Assembly: GCF_009914755.1 (NCBI RefSeq)
Contig: NC_060937.1
Length of the DNA: 64,000 nt
Origin: the human T2T-CHM13v2.0 reference genome, Homo sapiens
Strand: one strand, 5' to 3'
This document shows, in pieces, positions 53,346 through 64,000 of the stretch (position 1 is its first letter; each line of letters begins with the position of its first letter). Below the pieces are notes generated by a model. The model was not told the origin of the DNA and did no database searches. It saw nothing but the letters and a program-made list of their open reading frames with translations. The translations under genes and the position numbers were made by a program.

Positions 53346-54807
53346 TGATCAAACATGCAGTTTTTTTTTCTTTCAGCACTTTGATTATGTCATGTCACTG
53401 GCTTTTGGCCTCCATTGTTACTGATGAGAAGTCAGGCACTAATCATATTGACGCTTGCCTGTATGTCATGATACTTTTTTTTTTTTTTTTTTGCTGCTTT
53501 TAAGTTTTCTGTCTTTGGATTTCAACAGAATGATTGTAATATATCTAGGTGTACATGTCTTTGCGTATAATCTACTTGGGTTTCTTAACGCTTTGTGGAT
53601 ACGTAAATTGATGCTTCCATGAACTTTGGAAAGTCTTCATCCATCACTCCTCAAATATTTTTTCATTCTCTCTTCTTTTGAGTATCTCATTACACATGTG
53701 TTGGCAAGTTTGATGTTATCTCAAAGATCTTTGAGACTCTGTTTATTGTTCTTTAATAGTTTTCATTTAGTTCTTTTGACTGAATAATTTTACTCTTTTC
53801 TTTCCCCAAATCAAAGCTGCACTGAATTCCTCTAGTGAATATTTTATTTTGGTTATTGTAATTTTCAAATCTGACATTTTCATTTTTTCTCTTACATAAT
53901 GCTTATCTGCTACATGTGAATCTCCATTTATTGTTATCTTGTTTTTCTTTAATTCTTTAAGCATGATTCTTTTATTTCTTTGAACATGTTTAAAACAGCC
54001 ATTTTAAGCTCTTTTCCTACTAAATCTAACATCTTTAAATAGAACATTAAAATGTAGTTTATATTGACTTTTTCTACTTTCTCATGACAGTGTAAAAATT
54101 TTTTTTTAATTGACTTTTTTCTTTTGATATTGTTCACACTTTTCTGTGTGTTTTTTTTTGCATCTCTTTTTGGTTTTGTTAAAAACTAGATATTTTAAAC
54201 ATTATACTCTTGCAATTCCAGTTTCTAATCTTTTCTCATAAAGATTGTTGTTCCTGTTTTTGTTTTCCTTTTTTGCTTTTTAGTTTTTATGTTTTCTTGT
54301 TTTTTGTTTTATTATTTGCCTAGATTAATTCCTTGAAATCTGTTTCCACTGTGGTATGCAGCCACTAATATTATCTCTGCTCAATTTATGTATATATTCT
54401 TGTTTTTATTTTTAGACCTGGGTTCTTAGAGGTCACTGCTGTGCTTCCAATGTCATCCAATGACGCTATAGAGGGTATGCTCAACCAACACAAGACACGA
54501 TTTATTCCTTCTGTTGATCTGTATGTTGGTAGGAGAGCACATTAAAAATTCAGATCATTTTTAAGTCTTCCCTTTCAGTTCATGCTGGTATTTTGTACAC
54601 ATACCTGCAAAACTGGCCAGGAACTCCTTGTCTCAATCACAACCTCAGAATAAAGATTTTCTAGCCCTCCATGTGTACCCCTATCTGAGATAATAACTTT
54701 GAGCAGCATCATTCCTGGCCATTGGTCTATGCTCCAAAATTAGTTATCTTCTTTCAGTGATGGCAGAGAAGCTAATGGGTCTCATGGCCTGCCCCATGCA
54801 GGCAGGC

Positions 54808-55651
54808 GTTAAAAGAAAAACTTTAGACAAATTAAATTTAGCAGAGTTTATATGAGCAAAGAGATGATCAATGAGTTGGATAGCACACTAAATCAGTAAA
54901 GGTCCAGAGAGCTTACTCAGCAAAGTGGGCAGGCAGTATTTATAGTCAGAAAAAGGAAGTGGCTCATTGTTCAACTCCCACTTATGAGTGAGAACACTCA
55001 GTGTTTGGTTTTCTGTTCTTGTGTTAGTTTGCTGAGAATGATGGCTTCCAGCTTCATCCATGTCTCTGCAAAGGACATGATCTCATTCTTTTATATGGCT
55101 GCATAGTATTCCATGGGGTATATGTGCCACATTTTCTTTATCCAGTCTATTATTGATGAGCATTTGGGTTGATGAGAACTCATGGACACAGGGAGGGGAA
55201 CAACACACACCCTGGCCCGTAGGGAGGTGGGGGGCAAGCGGAGAGAGAGCATCAGGTCAAATACCTAATGCATATGGGGCTTAAAACCGAGACGACGGGT
55301 TGATAGGTGCAGCAAACCACCATGGCACATGTATATTTGTGTAACAAACCTGCACATTCTGCATATGCATCCCAGAACTTAGAGTAAAAATTTTTTTAAA
55401 AATTTTTTAAAAAGAAAAGAAAAAGGAAGTGGTATACAGAAGTAGCCTGATTTGTCACAGCTTAGCATTTACTTAATGTGGACATGTCTGAGAATTTTGC
55501 AGCCTGTGATTGGCTGAAAGTTCAGCTGCTATGACTGACTGAGACTCAGTCGCTTGTTACTCTCAAGTTAGGTTCCAGTATGTTTACCTATTAAGTTAGG
55601 CTACAGTTCACTACAAATGGAGGCAGCATTAAGCCAAACTTTAGTCAAACA
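54808..55651 (-). mobile_element. ERV1 LTR (MER57/LTR54 group), 3' LTR of a provirus, interrupted by L1
   Basis: gttaaaagaaaactttagacaaattaaatttagcagagttta end; gcctgtgattggctg CCAAT repeats; PPT complement tttcccccctttt at ~55662-55674. Confidence 0.8.
54963..55418 (+). mobile_element. L1PA8-like insertion with 5' inversion
   Basis: 54963-55171 antisense, 55172-55418 sense with A tail; TSD agaaaaaggaagtgg at 54948-54962 and 55418-55432. Confidence 0.95.
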
Positions 55652-56099
55652 ACTTTCATGCTTTCCCCCCTTTTAGGCAGCCTCTCAATTTTGCAAGATT
55701 AACCAAAACCTTGGGCACTGACATCACTTTCTGTCACTATCATAATTAACTTGTTTAATCTCAGTATGAAATTCACAATGGCAAATTAGTTAAATGATAT
55801 TTTATGCTTTATTCTAACCATAATGAGACCTTTTGATGTGCAAAGGATGGCTGTGTACAAGCATTTAGGATTCTTGAGAGGATATGACACATCAGGGAGA
55901 CTATTATCATGAGTATTATCTAGAAGATAATACCCAGAAACTAAAGTGCATCCCTTACAACAGTCTCCATGACCCAAACTGAAAAAAAAAAAGTGATTCA
56001 AAATTTAGAAAATAAAGATAGTTCAATAATATATACGTCCAATTGATTATACTCTTTGTTTGGGGCCTGATGGCAATTAAGGACTATACTTTGCTGTAA

Positions 56100-57550
56100 A
56101 ATGACCTGATTTTAAGATTTTAAAAGGTACCATTTTTTTTTGTCATTAGCCTGGTAACACATAGTAATCTGGAGACCCATTAAAAGGGATGAAAATTTAA
56201 AAACTTTGGAAGGGCCAACCTTGCCATTCACTATTTAGGATGCTTGCAAGATAGCTGTCATCAGCTCTCATAAACACATCATGTGTTTCTTTCCCCTGAG
56301 AAATTTCCTTGATGTATTTGGTGTATTTGGTGACAGTATTTAGAGAAATAGCAGTAGCAACCACCTTTGAAATAAAACTTCTGGTAGTAGTAAAATCAAG
56401 GAAAAGGTAAGTGCAAATTCAGTTTTGTTCAAAACCATACACAAAACCCCAACATGGGCATAGAAGATATCTAAAGCGGTGTGATGTTCTATTAAGTGAT
56501 TTTGTTGGCACCAATGTTCTCATTCACCTTTCAGAGAGGGGCTTCTACCCATCTGAACCCTGGAAGATCTGATTTGCTATGAAATCCAAGATTTTTCCCA
56601 ATTTATAGATTAGTTTGAAATTCCATTGCAGCCATCACCTCACTTTCACCAAGAGTGAGCCCCCAGAATCTCCACTGAAATCTTTACTCAGTGGACACTA
56701 ACTTATCTTAATCTATTTCAAGGTTTATACTAATTTTGGTTATTGACCACTTTCACCTCTGATGATCAGAGGTATTATTAAGACTTTCAGAGAAAGCTAT
56801 TCAGAAGGCAGGAGTGAGCCAGGTCAAATAGGAAGATCCAAGCCAGTGAAGAGGCATAAAAGAATGAGCAGATTCTCTACAGACTTGATATAGGCCCCTG
56901 AGAGCTGGAAAAGAGGGCCATCTAGTGGGGTCTGAACAGAGGTCAGTTAAATTCATCCATCCATAAGTCCGCATAGCTTCTAAACAAGGTCCAGTGGGAA
57001 CTTACTTTTTTGTGGTCTCTTTGTAGCAGAGTGGAAGGGTGAATAGCCTTATCTAGAGACCTTACTAGATTTAAATAAGTAACATTATACAACCAGTTAT
57101 GCCTAATCTCATAGGTAATCTTCAAATCTTGATTACATGATGTCTGGAAGACAATATACATTTTGCTGGCATCATTTGTGCAGGTTTTCTATGTTTGATG
57201 GCAATTAGAATATTAATTGGGAAGGTAAGGGTATGACTTTCAGTGAATTTAAAAAGACAATTAGCAACGATATCTAGAATATCAAGGATAACTTTCCACT
57301 CTGCTTTTGTGGATTCAGGGTGACTCTCACTGGGAACACAGAGAGGTAATGGCATTCATTAGTAAATTTTTTCCTGATTTGGGGGCATTAACCCACAAAG
57401 TCAACAAAGTCTCCAGTTTACTGTTAGAGTATAAGTCTTAGCTAAAGCCATGCACAAGTTATAGTCCCATGGATTTTCTTGTAAGGAAAGAGAAGGGATT
57501 AGGACAATAGAAAACAGGGAAAGAAGGAATAAAGGTATGATTTCCACGAT
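56100..57550 (-). pseudogene. Retroviral env remnant
   Basis: Hydrophobic leader, then PWDYNLCMALAKTYTLTVNWRLC*LCGLMP, a CWLC-type motif with a stop; the downstream (low-coordinate) extent is approximate. Confidence 0.6.
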
Positions 57551-57599
57551 GGAAGAGAAGTCTCGATCTGTGATCTTGGGAAAGTTGTCAATGCCTAGG

Positions 57600-58600
57600 A
57601 TGCCATCTGCTTTTGAGGAAAAACTTTCCTGGTCAGTCTTACTTTAGGGTATCCAATAGGCATACCATTTAGGAGTCTGGAGCAGTTATTTTGAGTTCAG
57701 AGATGCAGATCCAAGTCTCCAGGCCCTAAAGTTTTGCTGCAGAGAAGGACTTGATACGGTCTCTTCACACAGAATTCAGGAGCAGTCTTTATCTGGTGTT
57801 GTTTCCAAAAGTTCTAATATCTGGGTTTTAGATCTGGTTGTCATCAGTAGGTGGGTCACAAAGAGCTTATTTTACTTGGTGGAAATATGCTTTAGTGTAA
57901 TGCATTAAAGCTTTGAACTATTGAACCATGGCGGAGGTTTTAAGAGGGGGAGACACGTAAGGTTCTATGATTAGGGGCAGAGGCCTTCCAGTAACTATTT
58001 CAGAAATGGTGAACCTATGTTTTCCAGTGAGAGTGGATCTGATTGCTGTCAATGAGCAATACCTTTACCCAAGGCAAGTCAATCAATTCAGTTAACTTTG
58101 CCTAATGCCCTTGCATTTATAGTACCTTATTTAACTATTTTACAACTTTTCTAGTGAAACAAGAAACTCCATCACTGGAGACTTCATTAGGAAACTATGC
58201 CCCTCAAGGGAAGGATGTTTTCTGATAACCTTTTAGCTACTATTATAGCATCATCCTTTTGCATGGGAAGGCTTCTATACAAGCAGAAAACATGCATAAA
58301 CGATGGCAGTTTAATAAAATCCATCTGTAAGTATTCAAATAACCCAGCAAGTACTGGAAATATATTACCTGAGATGTTTGTTGTTTTACCAGAATTATTG
58401 GTTTGATAATCCAAACTTTGGTGATAAATTATTTTTGTAAACTTAGAACAGTCCACCAGTTTTTCCATAATTTAGGTCATTGTATCTCTACCATGATGAG
58501 TCACTGAGTGCAGAGCATTTGTTACTAGAAAGTTTAAGAATTCAGGAAGGATAAAATAGACATTCCTGCTCTCCATGAATCCATGTTTAACATTAGAATT
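57600..58600 (-). pseudogene. Retroviral integrase remnant
   Basis: LHSVTHHGRD (zinc-finger histidines), GLFEYLQMDFIKLP, DAIIVAKRLSENILPLRGI; frameshifted and stop-ridden. Confidence 0.85.
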
Positions 58601-61600
58601 ACGTCCTCTTAAACACCAGTTTTGTTTCTCCATTTCAGATGTATAGCACAGTTTGTTATAATGTTATTATAAGTAATTTGGTTTGATGCATTCTTATGGA
58701 CCTCATTCAAATTTCATAACAACAATTTCAGTAGTGGCTGACTTATGAAAATCTGTGAAATTATTTCTTAGCTATTTCATTAATTCTTATTCTGCTTGAC
58801 GTTGGGTTAGCAATTTTATGAATAATCAGTTTTCTCTTTAGAGATCTAGAAATTCTTACTCAATATAATGATAAGACCTTAAAGTTATCAGATACTTGTA
58901 CTTGTCATCATTCCTTCCACGAATCTTTTTGAAGATAAAGCACTTTAGGCTTATAGCTGCTCAGAAAAGTATTAGAATAAGCAAATAAGCAAATAAGCAT
59001 CAGTTAATGACAACACTTAAAATAGCTATAATTTAAGATCAGATGAGAGTTTAATATTATTATTATAATGATGCACCTGACAAGGAAGTATGGTTATTTC
59101 TGCTGCATACAACCTCTTAAGATAATCACTGGAATTATGACTGATAGTGTTACACCAGGACTATTAGATTTCTAAGAATTTCTTACAATTTCTGAAACAC
59201 ATATTAATAACACATCCAAACAAATATAACTTAAAGATTTAGCATTACTCATTAATTAACAATGTTTCCCATATAATTTAATAAATCAAATAAGCCCAGT
59301 TAGTTTAATATCTCTCTTTTTATAAGGAAATATATCAAAAAGCCCATCTAAAACATCCTAAAGTTAATTTGAGGTCAAGAAAAATACCTAATTTATAATT
59401 TGATTTTTGGAAAGTTTATCAAAAATATCAAACATTTAAAACACTTGACAAAATAGAATCCCAGGTCACTGTAAACAGTATTAATTAATTTAACCAAGGT
59501 CATTAAAAGTCTTCAAAGGGAAATAAAGTTATATAGTTGTAGAAAACTTAGCTCTTTTAATAAGGAGGACTCAGCTTTTTAAAGTGAACAAAAATATAAT
59601 AAAAACAACAAGAAACACAGGAAGTTAACTTGATAAAACATAAAATCTCTGTTTTCTAGGTCAATTATCTAGAAAGTAAAGACCTTTTACAATTTTCTAT
59701 TAAGGGTAGACCAATACTCTAAGAAGCCTTGTTGTTTTAATACAGAGGATCAGATTCTAGTTTTGCATAAGTATACTTTTAATATTGATGTTCATTTTTT
59801 AGAAGCCAGCTTGATCATGCATAAAACTTCATTCACAAGATTGATCTTCTATATACCTTCTACAACTTTCCCATCCATTCAGTTTTTGTCCTATGTGTTT
59901 TTCTCTTCTCATTTTGGAACAATATGCCATTCTATTTTAGAATAAAAATTACTCTTTTTTTTCTTACCAAAACAAAACATCCTATGCTTTACAGCTTGTC
60001 CTTACTATGAACACATCTTAGCTTTCTTGTATATTCATGTATAGAATTGTTTTCCTTATCCTTTCTAGTAATTTTAGGTACATATAGTAGTTAGAATTCA
60101 TATCTCTTAGTGACCTTACTTTCCAGGAAACACAAGGAAGCAAGCAATTGGGAACTCTCTGTCATACCAACAACCTCTAGATTGGCAAATATATGAATAA
60201 TTATTTCTAGAAACATGTACTTTTTCATGGTGCAGCTTGTCATGTAGCAAATAACCTATTTACTAATGGTTCCAAAAATTTCTAGTCTCTCTGTAATAAG
60301 GAACTGATGATGAGGCAAAATTTCATCTCTATCCTCTTATGTGCTTTTGGTTTGCTTGTTGATTTGCTGGTTTTGGCTAGGACTGAGAATTAAAATTTTG
60401 TTTGTAAAGATTTCCCTCAGCATCTGCTTTTCATTCTTGATAAGAATGTTAAAACCTTCTGATATAGAAAAGACATGTTTTACATGGGAATATTAAATCT
60501 CTTTAACTCACTTTTAGCAATTATGTTTGGATTTCTTATAAAAATCAGATACTAAGTAGCTGGTCATCACCTTCTTTTTCTTGTTGACAAATTTCATAAT
60601 ATAGAGATAATATGCTTATTTTGCCAATTAACCTAGGTAGGAAAAGTTATGCATGTGTATTATATACTGCTGAAAACTCTGAAGACATGCCGGTTTTAAT
60701 CAACTCAGTAATATTCTTATTTACCAAACATTACTCAGCTCATATGAACTTAAAATTACTTGTATTAGTTATAACTTTTCCAAGAGAATGTTTTATTTAT
60801 ATAAGCACTTATTTTTCATGAAGTCAATTAAGTAAAGCTCTTTTACAATTAAATCTTGCAGTATCATCAGAAGACAAACACACATACATATCATACATAC
60901 AGATGTATATGAACAAATAGATAGAAACAGATCTTATAGCTTTCACTCTAATGTTTTAGCCATGTGCCAATTACAATAATACAAGTTGCTAATTTATAAA
61001 AGATTATCTTGATCCAAATTGTTTTTCTGGCTAGTGAAATAAGATTTCATATTCAAATGGGTAAAGATTTCATGAATATTTGTGAAAAATAGTTTTTAAA
61101 ATTTGTTTTCTGTAAGAAGTCTTTTAAATAGGCAATTTTTGATTCACTTAATCTTTTAGTTATCTCTGCATACCAGTTAAAAATGTATTCTTTAGCTTTT
61201 TTTGTAATTGTGGATACTTCCTTTTTTTTTGTACTTTGCAAATGAACCATTTTATCTAGGTAAAATTTCCCCACTGAGGCCACTAGCTGCTATAATTCTA
61301 AGTTGTCCTTGTTAAGGTTAACTCATTTTTTCCAGAAATACACAGGTTCTGGCCTATAATTTTTGTATATAAAGTTATCCAATGTCCCAGAAAGTGGCAT
61401 CCCAGAATCTTTAGATTTCAAGGAACTCATTCTCAAATTGGACATACCTGAAGCCTCTAACTGGATCCAATCTAGTTAGTTCTTGAATCCAGTTCATTCC
61501 AGAACCAAGTCCAGTAAATATTGATCAAATAAAGTCAAACAGCTCAAAACACAAATTAATGGAGCTCAAATCCAGGAGAGAACTCACCCATTACCTCAGT

Positions 61601-61685
61601 TTCTGTGAGCGATAAATGGGAACAGTGAACCCTAATGAGTACCTTTTGGTGACTTGGTGCTCCTTGGAGTCACTGGAGTTCTACT

Positions 61686-61706
61686 TTGAATCCCACTCTG
61701 ACATCA
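61686..61706 (-). other. Primer-binding site complementary to tRNA-Leu
   Basis: Plus strand ttgaatcccactctgacatca compared with the tRNA-Leu 3' end tcgaatcccacttctgacacca. Confidence 0.75.
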
Positions 61707-61749
61707 ATCTGTCAAAAAAAAAAAAAAAGAAAATAATTTGTTTGTTTGT

Positions 61750-62026
61750 TTAAAGTCTGTTTTGTCAGAAACTGGGATTGCAACGCCTGCTTTTTTCTGT
61801 TTTCAATTTGCTTGGTAAATTTTCCTCTATCACTTTATTTTGAGCCTATGTGTGTCTTTGCACTTGAGATGGATCTCTTAAAGATAGCGTAACAATGGGT
61901 GTTGGCTCTTTATCCAGCTTGCCATTCTGTGTCTTTTAATCAGGGCATTTAGCACATTTTCATTTAAGGTTAGTATTGTTATGTGTGGTTTTGATCCTGT
62001 TATCTTGATGCTAGCTGGTTATTTTG
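61750..62026 (-). mobile_element. L1P fragment spanning the ORF2 start (endonuclease)
   Basis: Minus translation resembles GSKPHITILTLN...IKRHRMASWIK...THRLKIK...KKAGVAI. Confidence 0.9.
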
Positions 62027-62029
62027 TAA

Positions 62030-62830
62030 TTTCCTAAGTGACAGAAGCAACACAGGTGAAAGGATCATTTTTCATTATTCATAAGATGCCCGTTCAGCCA
62101 CATCTGAGTTTGTGTTAATGAGGTGATATTTGGAAATTCCCTAGATAATCACAGGTTGCAGGGGCTTGGTTGCCAGAGAAATCAACTATGCAACTAGATA
62201 ACTGAAACCTTCAGTACCGACCAGGTCTTTGTAGAAAGGAGATGGGCTAACAGTGAGTTGATCATCAGTAGCCAATTATTTAATCAATCAAGTATGCCTA
62301 CATAATAAAGCTTCCAAACTGCCCTAAAATAACAGGTTTTGTGAAGCTTCTGGGTCACTAAATACATAGAAGATGGTGCACCCAGAAAGGGCATGGAAGC
62401 TCTGTGTTCCTTTCTTCCTACCTGATCTATGCTTCTTTTCCATATGGCTGTCCCCTAAGTTGTATTCTTTTATAATATATGGGTAATAGTAAGTAAAGCA
62501 CTTTTCTGAGTTCTGTGAGCCACTCTAGCCAATGATTAAACCTGAAGAGGGGACTGTGAAAACCTCTGATTTATGCCCATTCATTCAGAAACACAAGTAA
62601 CAAACTGAACTTGTGATTGGCATCTGAAGTTGGGGGCAATCTTGTAGGGCTGAAGCCTTAACCTGTGAGATCTGAGGCTATCTCAAAAGAGAGAGTGTCA
62701 GAACTCAGTTAAATTGCAGGGCATCTGGTGTCATAAAATTGGTCCATGTGAGGGAAAATACCTACATATCTGGTCACAGAAATATCCTGCATTGAATATG
62801 AATAAGAAAAAAAGTGTTTTTTTCTATATA
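62030..62830 (+). mobile_element. MER21 LTR
   Basis: ggtgcacccagaaagggcatggaagctctg...ctgagttctgtgagccactctagc...gattggcatctgaagttggggg. Confidence 0.85.
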
Positions 62831-62839
62831 ATCATAGTT

Positions 62840-64000
62840 ATCAAGAATTGTCTAAGTATTTTAATTATAAAATTATTAGACACATGAGATTAGCAGAGAA
62901 CAAAGGCTACAATATTTTGTAAATAGATGCAGATAAATATTTGATGATAACAATCACTCATTATGGTTTAACAAATGAGTTTGAACAAATCAGGAGTACT
63001 AAATAATCTCCTTGCCTAATATTTATGAAATGCCTACAAAAACATTAAGCATAGTAACCATCACAGTTTCAGTTTAAACTTGTTCTAAAAATCCTAGCTA
63101 ATATATTAAGTGACATAAAAGGTAAGAAAAAATTCAAAAGTGTGAGAGAAGCATAAACTATCCTTATTTCAAAATACTACTACTCTTCCCAAAGAAAATC
63201 CAGCAGGCTTAAAACAAAAATCTGTAGAATTTATGACAAATTTTAGGATACACATTTGCTAGACATGAGGTTGCTACACAATGAAATGTTTACACTGAAA
63301 TCAATAGTGTTCCTTTATATCAACAACAATCAATGAGAAACAATAATTTATTAAATTGATAATAGTAACAAAACTTGTTAGAAATCTAGTAATAAATCTT
63401 AAGACCAAAGAGCTAATGTTACAGGAGAAAAAAACAAAGAAGGAGCTTATAAAGAGACCCGCTTTCAAAATATGTCAGAATATTAACCTGAATACTCATC
63501 AGTGGTAGACAGCATAAAGAAAACGTGGTCCATATACACCATGGAAAACTATGCAGCCATGAAAAGAATGAGATAATGTTCTTTGCAGCAACACGGATGG
63601 AGCTGGAGGCCAACATCCTTAGCAAACTAATGCAGAAACAGAAAACCAAACACCAGGTGTTCTCACTTACAAGTGGGAACTAAATAACGATAACACATTG
63701 ACATAAAGCGGGGAATAAAAGACACTAGGGCCTTCTTGAAGAGGGTATAGGATGGGAGGAAGGAGAGGATCAGAAAAAATACAAGTTGGCTACTATGCTT
63801 ATTACCCGGATAGAATAATCTGTACACTAAACCCCTAGGACACAAGTCAACCTACAAACAAACCTGCACATATACTCCCAAACCTAAAAGTTAAAATAAA
63901 TAAATAAATCTTATTCGATTCGGAAAAATATGTCAAAATAGTGTATGTAACCGGTGTACAAATCAGCAGAAAGGTTATCTGCTTATTAACAAAGCATGGG
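62840..64000 (+). mobile_element. Ancient L1M ORF2 (RT region) fragment
   Basis: aatagatgcagataaaatatttga and aaaatcctagctaat resemble SIDAEKAFD and LEVLA. Confidence 0.65.
63495..63905 (+). mobile_element. L1PA15/16-like 3' end
   Basis: catatacaccatggaaaactatgcagccat...aataatctgtacactaaaccc...aacctaaaagttaaaataaa. Confidence 0.9.

Larger units (their letters stand above)
50020..54780 (-). mobile_element. Ancient L1M (ORF1/5'UTR region) with several nested insertions
   Basis: ORFs 53767..54137 (MLDLVGKELKMAVLNMFKEIKE; MSDLKITITKIKYSLE) resemble L1M ORF1. Confidence 0.75.
55652..61735 (-). mobile_element. Degenerate ERV1 (MER4-group) internal region with integrase and env remnants
   Basis: PBS at ~61686-61706, long AT-rich leader, integrase, env, PPT, then LTR, in retroviral order. 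Confidence 0.8.

Noticed and set aside
61686-61706. tRNA-like sequence
   Set aside because: Only the 3' ~20 nt are present; it is a retroviral PBS, not a tRNA gene

Overview
AT-rich, repeat-dense primate genomic DNA, most likely human or great ape, judged from AluY/AluS/AluJ, L1PA and MER11/LTR8/MER50 elements. It looks intergenic or deep intronic. I see no CpG island, no recognisable protein-coding gene, and no tRNA or rRNA gene. The only ORFs with recognisable protein similarity are transposon remnants: L1 ORF2, an ERVL dUTPase and an ERV1 integrase. Most of the window is layered transposable elements: L1, L2, MIR, Alu, MaLR/ERVL/ERV1/ERVK LTRs and DNA transposons. It also holds a degenerate ~7 kb minus-strand ERV1-class provirus (54.8-61.7 kb) and an ERVL internal fragment (43.9-46.3 kb). 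The best non-repeat signals lie at ~26-35 kb: a perfect DR5 nuclear-receptor element, an AP-1/ARE cluster, a short G4/CpG patch and several well-formed plus-strand candidate exons that may belong to a lncRNA. Other features worth checking are an Alu tail converted to (AAGGG)n, a perfect 97-bp tandem duplication, a target site used by two Alus, and two L1 5' inversion junctions. All repeat subfamily names come from recalled consensus sequences compared by eye and need RepeatMasker/Dfam confirmation. I found no convincing evidence of a wholly new biological system.
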